A stretch of 63,479 bases of DNA, filler included, from Reclinomonas americana ATCC 50394 (GCA_048213135.1; 8 parts of 5 records of this genome joined end to end with filler, not necessarily neighbours in it); one strand, 5' to 3'. Shown: positions 22,513 to 35,569, numbered from the whole stretch's first letter. Translations and numbers: made by a program. The notes: a model not told the origin generated them from the letters alone.

Positions 22513-25500
22513 CTATCGTCGCAAGGCTGCAAGTCGAGCGGCCAATTCNNNNNNNNNNNNNNNNNNNNNNNNNNNNNNNNNNNNNNNNNNNNNNNNNNNN
22601 NNNNNNNNNNNNNNNNNNNNNNNNNNNNNNNNNNNNNNNNNNNNNNNNNNNNNNNNNNNNNNNNNNNNNNNNNNNNNNNNNNNNNNNNNNNNNNNNNNNN
22701 NNNNNNNNNNNNNNNNNNNNNNNNNNNNNNNNNNNNNNNNNNNNNNNNNNNNNNNNNNNNNNNNNNNNNNNNNNNNNNNNNNNNNNNNNNNNNNNNNNNN
22801 NNNNNNNNNNNNNNNNNNNNNNNNNNNNNNNNNNNNNNNNNNNNNNNNNNNNNNNNNNNNNNNNNNNNNNNNNNNNNNNNNNNNNNNNNNNNNNNNNNNN
22901 NNNNNNNNNNNNNNNNNNNNNNNNNNNNNNNNNNNNNNNNNNNNNNNNNNNNNNNNNNNNNNNNNNNNNNNNNNNNNNNNNNNNNNNNNNNNNNNNNNNN
23001 NNNNNNNNNNNNNNNNNNNNNNNNNNNNNNNNNNNNNNNNNNNNNNNNNNNNNNNNNNNNNNNNNNNNNNNNNNNNNNNNNNNNNNNNNNNNNNNNNNNN
23101 NNNNNNNNNNNNNNNNNNNNNNNNNNNNNNNNNNNNNNNNNNNNNNNNNNNNNNNNNNNNNNNNNNNNNNNNNNNNNNNNNNNNNNNNNNNNNNNNNNNN
23201 NNNNNNNNNNNNNNNNNNNNNNNNNNNNNNNNNNNNNNNNNNNNNNNNNNNNNNNNNNNNNNNNNNNNNNNNNNNNNNNNNNNNNNNNNNNNNNNNNNNN
23301 NNNNNNNNNNNNNNNNNNNGTCAAAGTCGTTGTCGGGAACGGCGGCGGCAGCCGGTGGCGGTCGAGGTTGTACGGGACGTGGTGGTGGCGGTGCAAAGGC
23401 GTTGACGCGACCGGCGATCGGCTGTGACACAAAGGGTTCGGGCACCGGCGACGCATACGGCTGGTGACCCGGTGGTGCCGACGGCGCCGATGGCACAAAG
23501 CCGGCCGTGGCAGCCGGCTGCACTGCAGGTCCCGGCGGTGCGTATGGCGGAGGCTACACGTGGTGCACAGAGACGACATTATTGAGCTCAGTGCAACAAC
23601 ACACACAGAAAAACGAGGTTGTGGCGCGCAACTGGTCCACGAGCGAATGGAATGTCGGACAGGCTGGCTTGCACGGCCGACAGCTGCTTCTCGCTCTGTC
23701 GAGCACGCTCGCCATCGTCGGCATCACCATCATCGTCGTCGTCGTCTTCGTCGTCGTCGGCGACATCGCCATCGTCGGCGCCAAACGTGCCCAGGCCCGG
23801 CGATGGAATACTGCCACCCGGCGTCTCCATGTAGGGTGGCGGAGGTTCCGAGGGCACTGGGCCGCCGTGACCAACCATGACCATGTCGCCGCCGGGCATC
23901 ATCGGCATGCCGTAGCCCACGTACATGCCGGGAAGCGGGGCGAACCCGGGCGGCGGCATCATCATTGGCATGCCCATCATGCCGGCGTGGCCGACGGCCG
24001 CATACGGTGGCATTGGTGGCGGTGGCGGCTGTCCCGGTGCGTACGGAGGTGGCGGATAGATGACATGCCCCGCAGCTGCCGAGGCAGGCATGGTTGTCGC
24101 CGTTGTGGTGGTGGCCGAGGCACTCTGTGTGAATGCGTCGAGATAGAAAGTGAGTGAGCGACATGAAAAACGGCAGCCGCTGATCGCATGTACACGGCAC
24201 GCACATATGGCGGCGGCGGTGGAAGGCCATTGGCTCCATTGACGGCGGCCGGGGCCTGAGCCAGGAAGACTCCACCTGGCCGTGCGACACCGATGAGCAT
24301 CGCTGAAGAAGCAATCAATCACGCCCTCTCCTTGCACTCAACTTCCCGCTGCACCACTCATGCCGCCACCACCACCGCTATTGCCACTGCCTGCACCGCC
24401 ACTGCCGCTACCGCCGCCACCGCCATGTGAGCTGTCACCGTCGTCGGCCGCATCCACCGGATCGGGCTGTCGGAAAAACTCTGCGCCATTGATGGAGGGA
24501 ATGTCGGCCATCAAGTTGGGCATCTCCATGCCTCGCCGCGCCTCCGCCGCATCAAACTCCACGTCGAACTCGGACGCGATTTCACTGCACGTCAAGCACG
24601 TCTTGAGCCAACNNNNNNNNNNNNNNNNNNNNNNNNNNNNNNNNNNNNNNNNNNNNNNNNNNNNNNNNNNNNNNNNNNNNNNNNNNNNNNNNNNNNNNNN
24701 NNNNNNNNNNNNNNNNNNNNNNNNNNNNNNNNNNNNNNNNNNNNNNNNNNNNNNNNNNNNNNNNNNNNNNNNNNNNNNNNNNNNNNNNNNNNNNNNNNNN
24801 NNNNNNNNNNNNNNNNNNNNNNNNNNNNNNNNNNNNNNNNNNNNNNNNNNNNNNNNNNNNNNNNNNNNNNNNNNNNNNNNNNNNNNNNNNNNNNNNNNNN
24901 NNNNNNNNNNNNNNNNNNNNNNNNNNNNNNNNNNNNNNNNNNNNNNNNNNNNNNNNNNNNNNNNNNNNNNNNNNNNNNNNNNNNNNNNNNNNNNNNNNNN
25001 NNNNNNNNNNNGGGGGAAAAGCGAGCGGTCTCCTCTCCACGAGACGCAACTCGAGCTTGTTGATGCACAACACGGCAGACGGCACGTGCAGCTCGATGCG
25101 ATTGGAGACCTTGGTGTTGACAAACGATCGCGGCAGTCCCGCAGCTGGCGTCGACGCCGAGGCCTCACTCGGCGACGCAGACAGCGCACGAATGAAATCC
25201 GATCCGTACTTGTATCCAAACTGTTCCCGCACCGTCTTCAGCTCGTCGACCTCGGTGCGCATTCCGCAGTAGCACACCGTGGCGATCGATTCGTACAGCT
25301 CCATGGGACACTCTCTGCGGAGCCAATGAGCACGGCGACAGACACACAAGGGGGGGAGACAAGAGCGCGCGCAGAACTTGGTGTCTTTGACCTGCAGGAT
25401 CAGTCAGCACGGGAGGAGGATGTGTGAGTGAGCGAGTGAGTGACGCACCAGTGAGACGCGATTGGCCAGCAGATCAATGTACAAGCCGAGCACCTCCAGT

Positions 25501-26303
25501 GCCTCACACTCGTACTCGCAGCGAATGACCTCTTCCACCTGCGCGACAGAGATCAACACAATGTTACGCCAGTGAGAGCATGCTGTTGTGCGNNNNNNNN
25601 NNNNNNNNNNNNNNNNNNNNNNNNNNNNNNNNNNNNNNNNNNNNNNNNNNNNNNNNNNNNNNNNNNNNNNNNNNNNNNNNNNNNNNNNNNNNNNNNNNNN
25701 NNNNNNNNNNNNNNNNNNNNNNNNNNNNNNNNNNNNNNNNNNNNNNNNNNNNNNNNNNNNNNNNNNNNNNNNNNNNNNNNNNNNNNNNNNNNNNNNNNNN
25801 NNNNNNNNNNNNNNNNNNNNNNNNNNNNNNNNNNNNNNNNNNNNNNNNNNNNNNNNNNNNNNNNNNNNNNNNNNNNNNNNNNNNNNNNNNNNNNNNNNNN
25901 NNNNNNNNNNNNNNNNNNNNNNNNNNNNNNNNNNNNNNNNNNNNNCAACTCGAATGCGCGCCGAGTCAAACTTCTTCTGAGAGAGAAGCTGTGGAGAAGA
26001 GCGTGTGTGTGAGAGAGAGAAAGAGAGCAAGTTGTGAATGAGGAGCACACGCACCTGTGCGACACCGCGTCGCGAAACCTGTGTGCGTGTGAGAGTGAGT
26101 GATTATTGTGTGCGTGTGTGCAAGAGAGACCACGCACCTTGACGGCATTAAGCTTCTTGTTGGTGAGCAGGCGGAGACGAGTGTGTGCTGTGCGCAGACT
26201 TTGCTTCCTGTGAGAGAGAGTGAGTGTTTGAGTGAGAGTGTGTGTGAATGCACTGTGAGCATCGCAACAGCTTCTTGGGCTTGAAGAAGAAGCTGCGAAA
26301 CAT
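22513..26303 (-). CDS. IST1: IST1 (ESCRT-III-associated Vps4 regulator), multi-exon
   Basis: MFRSFFFKPKKL...RLRLLTNKKLN...FDSARIRVEEVIR...EALEVLGLYIDLLANR...ESIATVCYCGMRTEVDELKTVREQFGYKYGSDF...VNTKV, a Pro-rich tail, and C-terminal MIM1 DFDELAARLAALRR*. Confidence 0.9.
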
Positions 26304-26370
26304 GGCTGCTTTCTGCGAGGTAAAAGCGACGACTTTGTGACTCATTTCGTTTTCATTTGTCTGGGAGCTT

Positions 26371-28868
26371 TCATCGAAGCAAGCCGGCGAATGTCAGCTC
26401 GTTGAGGAACCACTCCAGTGCGCGTGAGGTGCCAAGTGTGAGCCCGAGTTTCGCGCTGAGGTCCTTGTTGGCGAGATCGCTGCAAGGCGGGAGAGAGAAA
26501 GAGAATGAGCAAGTGTTCGAACAGCGCGACAATGTTGATGGCGGACGAAACATTCGCAGCATCCACAGGCCGAGAACGCAGAAGCAGCCCTGTAGTGTGT
26601 GTGCGTGTTTTCTCTTTTGTTAGCGATACAGCGCGCATGCACGGGTAACTTGCCCTGCTGCAGCACGCACCTGATCTCGGAGAATTGTCTCGATATTCTG
26701 GCGGGTTGCCGCTGGCCACTGGAATTGTGTGCCCACAAAGTCCAGCACCGCAGTAATGTCTGCACCAAAAATCCTTGAGAATGAGACGAAGATCTGGATG
26801 AGCAACAGTGTGTTCTGAGATGAGACAACTCACCGGTCGACGGCGAAAACCGGTTCCGCAATTCTGCACGAAAATGGATGTGGTGAGTCAGCGCGCGCAT
26901 TCACAGTGCCGAATGGCATCGGCAAATGCACCTCGAGCCTTTTCATCGTCGCAAGTGTCAACGCACTTGGCGCACGAGACCGAGTCGTCGGCCACCACCG
27001 TGTCCAGTGTGGCAGACTTGACTGGTGACTCGGCAGGTCTCTTGCCCTCATCGTCGCCGTCCTTGTCCGTCACTAGCACGATGCCGCCACCGCCGCCGCC
27101 GCTGACCACAATGTAGTTGTCAAAATCGGCTGTCGGCTGTGCGTCCTCGTACGTGTCGTCGAAATCGAACGACGACGACGACGATGTGGGCGACACACAC
27201 TTTACGCCCACCGCATCCACGCTGTCGTCGGAATCGAGGTCCACCAGCACCAAGGGATCGCCTGAGCTTGCATTCAGGTCGTCGTGCTCACTCCAGACAG
27301 AGACAGGCAGTTGTCCACCTGCACGCGTGTGTGTCACTAACTGGAGACGAGGGAAGTGACAGCAGCGACTGCACGAACATGATGACAGCGGCGACATGAC
27401 AGGCACGGCTTGCTGTTTCGCAACCATGCCAGTGTCCGGTGAAAACGCTGGAGAACAATCAATGAGCTCAAGAGTACGCCTCACTTCTTTCCCCTTCTTC
27501 CAACCACTCACCGTCCAGGAACAACTCATCGTCGGTGGGAGTCGGTCTCTCCAATCCATGCAACTCGGGCGACGAGTCACTCTCGTCGTCTTCTCCGTCC
27601 TCGGCAGTCAGCAACAGTCCCTGGCTGCCCGTTGTGGAGCTCAACAATGCGCTGGTGGGTGTGGCAGCTGCATCGACGTGTCAGTGATGCAAGTCCCACC
27701 CATCACACTTGATAAATCAAACCTTCATACGGAGCCGGGGCTAATCTCAGAGTGGTGCTGAGGCCGGCAATGGCGGTGCGCACGCGTTGGAGCGCGGTCA
27801 GTGTGCTCGACGTGTCGGGGTGAGAGGTGCCGAGTTTGGTGGTGCGCAATCGCCAGCACTCTTCCAGCACGTCTTCGGCGCTCTCCAGCACATGATCACC
27901 AATGGCCTCCAGCGTGAGCCCCCACGAATGCAGCGTCGATAACCTGTCCGGGTGATCGACGCCCAACCACGTGGCCTGCATCTGTGCGCAGTTTTCAAGC
28001 ACCTCACTGGACTCGGCCAGGCGCTCCAGCAGGCGCAGCACATGGCCGTGATTGGCCAACGACTGCAGCGTTGTCGCATCGCCGGGCGGCAACACTCGTG
28101 CGCGTCCCTCGGCACACTGCCGGAACAGGCCCTCCGACTCCTCGTACTGCGACAGGCGGCACAGAACGCACGCCAGGTTGTGCAGCGACGAGAGCGTCTC
28201 GGGCGACTCGGATCCCGATTCACGAGTGCTGCATACGCAAACGCAAGATGAGCGTTGCTGACCGACTGACACGCAGAGCTCACACGTCCAGCTGCACGCA
28301 CCGCAATCGCACACACTCGCGGTGCAGCTTGGCAGCATCAGTCAGATCGCGTGGGCAATCGGAACGCGACAGCGCAACTGCCAGACCATGCCGAGCCGCA
28401 TGAAACAGACGACGCTCGGCCAGCAACTGCCTCCGAACAATGAGACACTTGTGTGCTCCCTCACCCAGTCTGTCACCCACATTCTCACTCTCTCTTACCT
28501 CACGCGCGCGTCCGACTCTTGTCAGGTGCTGTTCGCGTGCCAGTACACGAGCGTGCTGAAGTGCCGCTTCTCTCCAATGGCCCTTTCCGAACAAAGCACA
28601 CCCCAGCAAGTGTGTGCTCTCTGCTCGCTCCGCTCCAAAGCCACCCACTTCACCACCTTGCAGAGACTCACGCAGCACATGCGCTGCCTCGTCAAACTCG
28701 CCACGACGAATCAGCTCCGCGGCTGTGTTTGTTTTTCTCAATGAGGCACGAGTTGTCTCTTGCACACACAAGAGAGAGGACGCTGATCGCAAAACCTTTC
28801 GTGGCCGCCGGTGACAAGTGCGTCGACCGCCGCGCTCGCTGTCGCGGTGCTCTCTGCCCGTCCATCAT
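26371..28868 (-). CDS. Kinesin-light-chain-type TPR protein with an acidic low-complexity C-terminal half (possible SAM-like end)
   Basis: ~42-aa TPRs: SPETLSSLHNLACVL...YEESEGLFRQC, TTLQSLANHGHVL, LGVDHPDRLSTLHSWG, LGTSHPDTSSTL. In-frame splicing continues through acidic exons to ...LGLTLGTSRALEWFLNELTFAGLLR*. Confidence 0.7.
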
Positions 28869-28953
28869 CTCGCACGGTTAACGTTGTCTTCTCTCGCGCG
28901 ACCGACAAATCAATGTAACGGATCGCGATCAACAAAACGAACAGGACAGAGTA

Positions 28954-30688
28954 ATGCAGCGACCGCAGACCGCCTGGCGACAGACACAGTCGGCGGAGGA
29001 GGCGCTCCGCAGCAATGCGCAGGCCGTCAGTGCACTGGCCGACATTGTGCGACCCACACTCGGTCAGTCAGTGAGCGAATGTGAGAGAAGACCGGTCAAG
29101 CAAGGATGATCATTGATTGCTCTCTGTGTGGCGTGTAGGTCCGTCTGGCATGGACGTGGTCATTGTCGACGCGCGGGATCATGTGTTTACCACCAACGAT
29201 GGTGCGACTGTCATGCGGCGTCTGGATCTGCAACATCCGGCAGGTACATGCGAGTGCTCCTCCTCACTGTCTTCCTCACCGCCTCACCTCCATGCATGTG
29301 GGCAGCGCTGCAAGTGGTCAAGGCCAGTGAGGAGCAGGATCGCACAGTGGGTGATGGGACGACGTCGGTGGCGCTGTTGAGCGCCGAGTTGCTGCGCAGT
29401 GGATCGCTGCTGGTGCAGTCGCAGCGCATGTCGCGATCGGCAATCGTGCAGGCCTTTCGGCAGTCGTGCGAGTGGTGTGTGCGACGAGTGCGACGCCAGT
29501 TACAGACAGCAGTACGCGCGATGGAGGGCGGCGGCGGCGATGATGATGGGTCGTGGGCGGTGGCCGTGGCCGCCACCTCGCTCAGCTCCAATCCGCACCG
29601 GGAGCACTTGTCGCGCGTGTGCGCGCAGGCGGTGATGTGCACACTGCCGCATGTGCGACGCGATGTGCACTTTGTGTTGGCCACTGGCGGTAGTGTGGCG
29701 GAGACCGAGGTGCTGCGTCGCTGCGTGGTGCTGTCGGAGCGGTCGATCGGGCTCGGCGGACCGCAGGCAGTCGCCAATGTGCCGGTGCTGGTGTCGCGTT
29801 TGCATCTCGACCGGCTGCATCCGGAGACGGGAGCGGCGGCCTCGGTGGCGGCCGACGACGATCAGGCGGCGGTGGCGGTCAGCGAGGCCGAACGACAGGC
29901 CATGCGCTCGCTGTGTGAGCGCATGGTGGCCACGGGTGCTCGTGTGGTGGTCAACCACTCGCTGATTCACCACGTGGCGGAGCAGTTGCGTGGCGGATGA
30001 TGCTCTCGTATGTGTGTGTCACTCGCTCACGGCTCTTGCGGGCAGGTACTTTGCAGAGCGTGGCGTTGTGTGCATCGGCAACGCGGGCTTTGAGTTTGCC
30101 GACAGTGTGGCGCAGCTGTGCGGCTGTCGTGTGGTGTCGGATGTCTCGCTACTCGCAGCAGAGGTCGACGGCGTGCTCGGCCACGTCCAGTCGCTGCGAC
30201 AGTGGGCGGCCGCCGGTCAGGAGGGCGTGCTGATAGAGTCGTCGGCCGGACGACCGCTGTGCACCATGGTGGTGCGCGCCCCCACCGAGTCGTTGTGCGA
30301 GGAGACGCAGCGGTGTGTGTGGGACGCCTTGTGTGCTTGCGAGGCCACGCAACGACATCCGTACGTGGTGCCGGGAGCCGGGGCCACGTACACGGCGCTG
30401 TCGCGAGCGCTGCTCGAGTGGGTGGCGGCGCACGGTGACCGGCCAGAGGCGCCCGCCTGCGAGGCCTACGCATCGGCGCTGACGTGCATCCCCCAGACCC
30501 TGGCCCGCAACAGTGTCTCGCTCGACACCGCCGCCGACGGCGATGTCGTGGAACCCTCAGTGGTCGTCCAGGGAGTGCTGCGCCACGCCACCAACGTTGT
30601 CTGTGAGCTGCTGTGTGTAGACGGCAACGGCATGTGCCCACCGCGCGTGACGGCGCGTGATCTCGGACTCTTTGGTGACGACAAGTGA
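28954..30688 (+). CDS. Divergent group II chaperonin (CCT/TCP-1 family, closest pattern CCT-beta)
   Basis: LADIVRPTLGPSGMD, TTNDGATVM, QDRTVGDGTTSV, CTMVVRAPT...ETQRCVWDAL, VVPGAGA, VVEP...LLCVD. Three introns. Confidence 0.85.
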
Positions 30689-30763
30689 CCGCCACGCTTT
30701 CATCGACACTCAAACAACAACAACAGCAAGTCGCCAGCCAACTCGCTGGAAACGGAGGCGCGA

Positions 30764-31638
30764 TTACGAGGGTCCTGATGAGGGACCACCGCCGCCGCCA
30801 CCACCACCAGAGAGCGCCTGCAATTGTGCGGCCGCCGTTGGATCCGAGGCAAACTTTTGCTGCATGTGCTCGGCGAGAATGCGATGCTTCTGCATCGTCT
30901 GCTCCAACTGCGTGCCCAGTTCGCGGATCTTCTCGTCCACCATGGTGGCTTTCCGCTCCAAGTACTCGCACGCCTTGTCGGTATTCTGCGCGGCGATGCC
31001 ACTGAGAAGAATGTACACGTGAAACAGTGAACACAAGTGCACGCAACTCTTTCCACGTAAAAGCCGGTGCCAATGTCGAGAATGACCTTGTCCTTGGAGG
31101 CCAGCTTGCCAGTGACCATCAGCGACTGTGTCAACGGGATCATGCACGGTGCATCTGTGCACAAGGCGCCTCAACACACACGAAGGACAAGAGCGAGACT
31201 TGTCTCTCTCTCTCTCTCTTTCTCACCAGCATCCTGTCGCGCCAGCTCGCGAACCACATTACGCGAGGCTGTGAAGGTCTGCTTGACCTGAATCAAGCTC
31301 TCGTACGACGTCTCCATGTGCTGCAGCGCTTGCTCCATGTTCTTCACACAGAGAGAGCGCACAAGGATGAGTGACATGTCCACGCGCGCTCACACACGCA
31401 CGCGCGCATGCATGCAAGTGCGTGCTTATTGTGATGGCATGCGTGACGCAAGCGTGTGCGCAAGAGACACGACGCACGCGTGTGCGCGCATACGTACACA
31501 GAGAGAGATGGAAAGGAAGAGAGTATGCTCAAACACTGTCTCCACGCGCGTACACACCTGCTTCAAGTGATGCAGCTGCGGAATGCTCAAGCTGGTCAAC
31601 GCCACATCGCCGCCACCACTGCCACTACCGCTCGCCAT
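30764..31638 (-). CDS. PFDN5: Prefoldin subunit 5 (alpha-type)
   Basis: LTSLSIPQLHHLKQ...MIPLTQSLMVTGKLASKDKVILDIGTGFYVERNTDKACEYLERK after removing three GT-AG introns. Confidence 0.9.
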
Positions 31639-31820
31639 CTCTGTGCACACCAGGTTGGCGGTCCGCTGCAACCGATCAAATCATCACTTGCACGAGGCCA
31701 GAGTGTGCGTGCGTGTTGGTNNNNNNNNNNNNNNNNNNNNNNNNNNNNNNNNNNNNNNNNNNNNTTAATTAATTAANNNNNNNNNNNNNNNNNNNNNNNN
31801 NNNNNNNNNNNNNNNNNNNN

Positions 31821-32256
31821 GGCGCGAGCTCGACGACTTCTTGAAGCAGCTGCCCAGCTTCGATGTCGGTGCCGCCTTCACGCCCTCGTTCAGCAGCGCC
31901 GCAACCTCCACAACCTCCGACTCCTCAAACGTCGTGTAGTGCTGCATCTGGTACGTCCACGACTCGCCGCGCGTCTGCGCGTACTTGCGTGCCAGGTACA
32001 TCGACGCCGCAGCCACCAGCGATGGCTTGAAGCGCAGCATGCGGTAGTCCAGCAGAGACAGCTCCGAAATGTACGTGGCCAGACCAGCCGTGGTCTCGTC
32101 CACCTCACCCGCCTTGCACCAGCGCGACATGAACGTGTGTGCCGTGGGCTGGGTCAGACCAAAGTTGAGGGTGGCCAGAATCAACCTCTCCATGCGCAGG
32201 ATCTCGTCGCGAGTGTACGTCTTGGCCGAGATGTAGATGAAGTCGCGCACCTCGGG
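31821..32256 (-). CDS. Cyclin B core/C-terminal fold fragment (isolated contig, probably collapsed between two paralogs)
   Basis: PEVRDFIYISAKTYTRDEILRMERLILATLNF...ELSLLDYRMLRFKPSLVAAAS...KKSSSSR. Confidence 0.88.
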
Positions 32257-32740
32257 NNNNNNNNNNNNNNNNNNNNNNNNNNNNNNNNNNNNNNNNNNNN
32301 NNNNNNNNNNNNNNNNNNNNNNNNNNNNNNNNNNNNNNNNNNNNNNNNNNNNNNNNNNNNNNNNNNNNNNNNNNNNNNNNNNNNNNNNNNNNNNNNNNNN
32401 NNNNNNNNNNNNNNNNNNNNNNNNNNNNNNNNNNNNNNNNNNNNNNNNNNNNNNNNNNNNNNNNNNNNNNNNNNNNNNNNNNNNNNNNNNNNNNNNNNNN
32501 NNNNNNNNNNNNNNNNNNNNNNNNNNNNNNNNNNNNNNNNNNNNNNNNNNNNNNNNNNNNNNNNNNNNNNNNNNNNNNNNNNNNNNNNNNNNNNNNNNNN
32601 NNNNNNNNNNNNNNNNNNNNNNNNNNNNNNNNNNNNNNNNNNNNNNNNNNNNNNNNNNNNNNNNNNNNNNNNNNNNNNNNNNNNNNNNNNNNNNNNNNNN
32701 NNNNNNNNNNNNNNNNNNNNNNNNNNNNNNNNNNNCACAG

Positions 32741-33832
32741 GCGTCGGATGCCGAGTACAAGCAACGCAGCATCCGTGGCTTCTGCCACTTGTACATGGGT
32801 CAGGAGGCGGTGTGCGCAGGCATGGAGGCCGGCATCACCTACAACGACTGCATCATCACAGCGTACCGTGATCACGGAACGCAGCTGGGTCGCGGCGATA
32901 GCGCCTTCTCTGTCATGTCGGAGCAGTTCGGCAAGGTCACTGGCTGCTCCAAGGGCAAGGGTGGTTCCATGCACTTGTACAAGTTGCGTTCTGCTTGCTT
33001 TGATTGCTCCCCGCACTGTGTGTGACGCCGCTGACTGAGAGCGCGCAGACGCGATGCGAACTTTTTCGGTGGCAATGGCATTGTCGGCGCGCAGGTGCCG
33101 GTGGGCACGGGCTTGGCCTTTGCGCAAAAGTACCTGGGTGAGAAGACGGTGACGTTTGCCATGTACGGCGACGGTGCGGCGAATCAGGGTCAGCTATTCG
33201 AGGCGATGAACATGGCGGCGCTCTGGCAGCTGCCGTGCATCTACGTGTGCGAGAACAATCACTACGGCATGGGCACGGCCGAGAACCGTGCGGCCGCCGA
33301 GACCCACTTTTACAAGCGTGCGTCGTTCCTGCCGGGCCTGAAGGTCGACGGCATGGACGTGTTTGCCGTGCGTGAGGCGTGCCGATTCGCCAAGGAGTTT
33401 GCGTCGACGCACGGTCCGATGGTGATCGAGTTCGACACGTACCGCTACTCGGGTCACTCCATGTCCGACCCCGGCATCTCGTACCGTAGCCGCGAGGAGA
33501 TTGCCGAGGTCCGTGCTCAGCGCGATCCGATCGAAGGCCTCCGTCTCCGCCTGGAGAAGGCCGGCCTCATCACGGGCGACGACTTTAAGGTCTGCTGCTG
33601 CTTCACACACACTGCATCGTCGTCGTCCACCACTCGTCTCACTCTTCTTGCGTTCACCAAAAAAACTCAGGCTCTGGAGAAGGAGGTGCGCCGCGAGGTC
33701 GATGCCGCCGTGAAGGAGGCCAAGTCGGCACCGCAGCCGCCGGATTCGGAGCTGTACGCCGATGTGTACTCGTACGAAGTGCCGCTGCGTGGCGTGGAGG
33801 GCGCCCCGGGCAACGGACTGTGGAAGTTTTAA
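32741..33832 (+). CDS. PDHA1: Pyruvate dehydrogenase E1 alpha, 3' part (contig inverted relative to the 5' part)
   Basis: [44 protein letters not shown] motif [10 protein letters not shown]...[15 protein letters not shown]. Confidence 0.97.
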
Positions 33833-34273
33833 ATTCTCTCCCCCCTCGCTGGTGAGCCACACACACACACACTCTGGTTGGGGGTGTCTGGCTGGTCAGT
33901 GAAGCAATCAAAGTGTTTTTCCAATCCCATCCCATCCCATCAGTAGCAGCATGTAACAAAATTGTTTTTCTTTTACGTTGCGTGAAGACCTTAGGCGGTT
34001 TGTCGTTTAACAAGCACACACTACTAGCACACTAGCGCACACAAGAGAAGGTAATAGAGTACAACAGTCGGAGGAAGCAGGCGTCTCTTACGAGCCTACG
34101 ACCGCCGGTATTTTCGAGTGTTGTGTGGGGGGGATGGTGGGAGGAGGTTGGAGAGAGAGGGAGCGAGTTAGGGTGTTCGAATAACAGCGACGTTAAAACC
34201 AAGAAGAAGCGAGACAAATAGATAGCTATGGGTAGATAGATAGATAACAGGAGGGAGAGAGAGAGAAAGCAGA

Positions 34274-34320
34274 TTAGAGGTCGACGGTGACGCGAGTCGT
34301 CACAAGGGCCACCGAGTTGA
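34274..34320 (-). CDS. C-terminal tail of the second cyclin B copy (NSVALVTTRVTVDL*)
   Basis: Joins in frame to the end of the 31821-32256 fragment (CGC C|TC AAC). It encodes the same peptide as 43053-43097 with synonymous changes. Confidence 0.7.
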
Positions 34321-35112
34321 NNNNNNNNNNNNNNNNNNNNNNNNNNNNNNNNNNNNNNNNNNNNNNNNNNNNNNNNNNNNNNNNNNNNNNNNNNNNNNNN
34401 NNNNNNNNNNNNNNNNNNNNNNNNNNNNNNNNNNNNNNNNNNNNNNNNNNNNNNNNNNNNNNNNNNNNNNNNNNNNNNNNNNNNNNNNNNNNNNNNNNNN
34501 NNNNNNNNNNNNNNNNNNNNNNNNNNNNNNNNNNNNNNNNNNNNNNNNNNNNNNNNNNNNNNNNNNNNNNNNNNNNNNNNNNNNNNNNNNNNNNNNNNNN
34601 NNNNNNNNNNNNNNNNNNNNNNNNNNNNNNNNNNNNNNNNNNNNNNNNNNNNNNNNNNNNNNNNNNNNNNNNNNNNNNNNNNNNNNNNNNNNNNNNNNNN
34701 NNNNNNNNNNNNNNNNNNNNNNNNNNNNNNNNNNNNNNNNNNNNNNNNNNNNNNNNNNNNNNNNNNNNNNNNNNNNNNNNNNNNNNNNNNNNNNNNNNNN
34801 NNNNNNNNNNNNNNNNNNNNNNNNNNNNNNNNNNNNNNNNNNNNNNNNNNNNNNNNNNNNNNNNNNNNNNNNNNNNNNNNNNNNNNNNNNNNNNNNNNNN
34901 NNNNNNNNNNNNNNNNNNNNNNNNNNNNNNNNNNNNNNNNNNNNNNNNNNNNNNNNNNNNNNNNNNNNNNNNNNNNNNNNNNNNNNNNNNNNNNNNNNNN
35001 NNNNNNNNNNNNNNNNNNNNNNNNNNNNNNNNNNNNNNCAGGGCGAATCAGTCGACTCCTCAACAATGCACCAGTGTCAATGTCGAGGGAACGAGGGGAT
35101 CTCGTCACGCAC

Positions 35113-35569
35113 CATTTCGACACGGCGCACCACCAGCATCAGTCGCAACAGTGCCAGCGACTCCTCCTTGGTGGTCGTCGTCGACGTCTTGGGTCCAGCG
35201 AACGGGAACGGGAAGTTCTCGGGCACATGCAGCTTGAACTTGCCCTGTGAGAGAGTGAGTGATGCAGTCGAAAAAAACACACAATGTTCTCGCACACTGG
35301 CGACAAGTAAGAGGCGCATGGAGAAAGGCAGTGGAGAATACCACATGTGTGTATTTGCGCGTGCGTGTTTGTGCGTGGGAGAGAGAGAGAGGCGGCCATC
35401 ACATGCCCGTCTGTGTCACACAGACACACACACGCACCTCCAAGTTGATGGCCAGCTCGCTCGACGCTGCTGCTGCCTTGTTGTTGGCAGCGGCTGCGGC
35501 GACGGCGGAGAAGCCGCGCACACTGGTGGCAGCAGTGCTGCTGCGGAGAGTCAATGCGCTGCGCAACAT
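35113..35569 (-). CDS. PDHA1: Pyruvate dehydrogenase E1 alpha, 5' exons with mitochondrial presequence
   Basis: MLRSALTLRSSTAATSVRGFSA...|GKFKLH...GPKTSTTTTKEESLALLRLMLVVRRVEM ends at a phase-0 GT donor that continues into [16 protein letters not shown] at 32741. Confidence 0.88.

Noticed and set aside
22375-23427. ORFs made mostly of X across N gaps
   Set aside because: Artefacts of translating through Ns.
34282-34320. Shared ~36-bp sequence with 43052-43087 as transposon terminal inverted repeats
   Set aside because: Both copies encode the same cyclin C-terminal peptide with synonymous changes. There is no transposase or target-site duplication.
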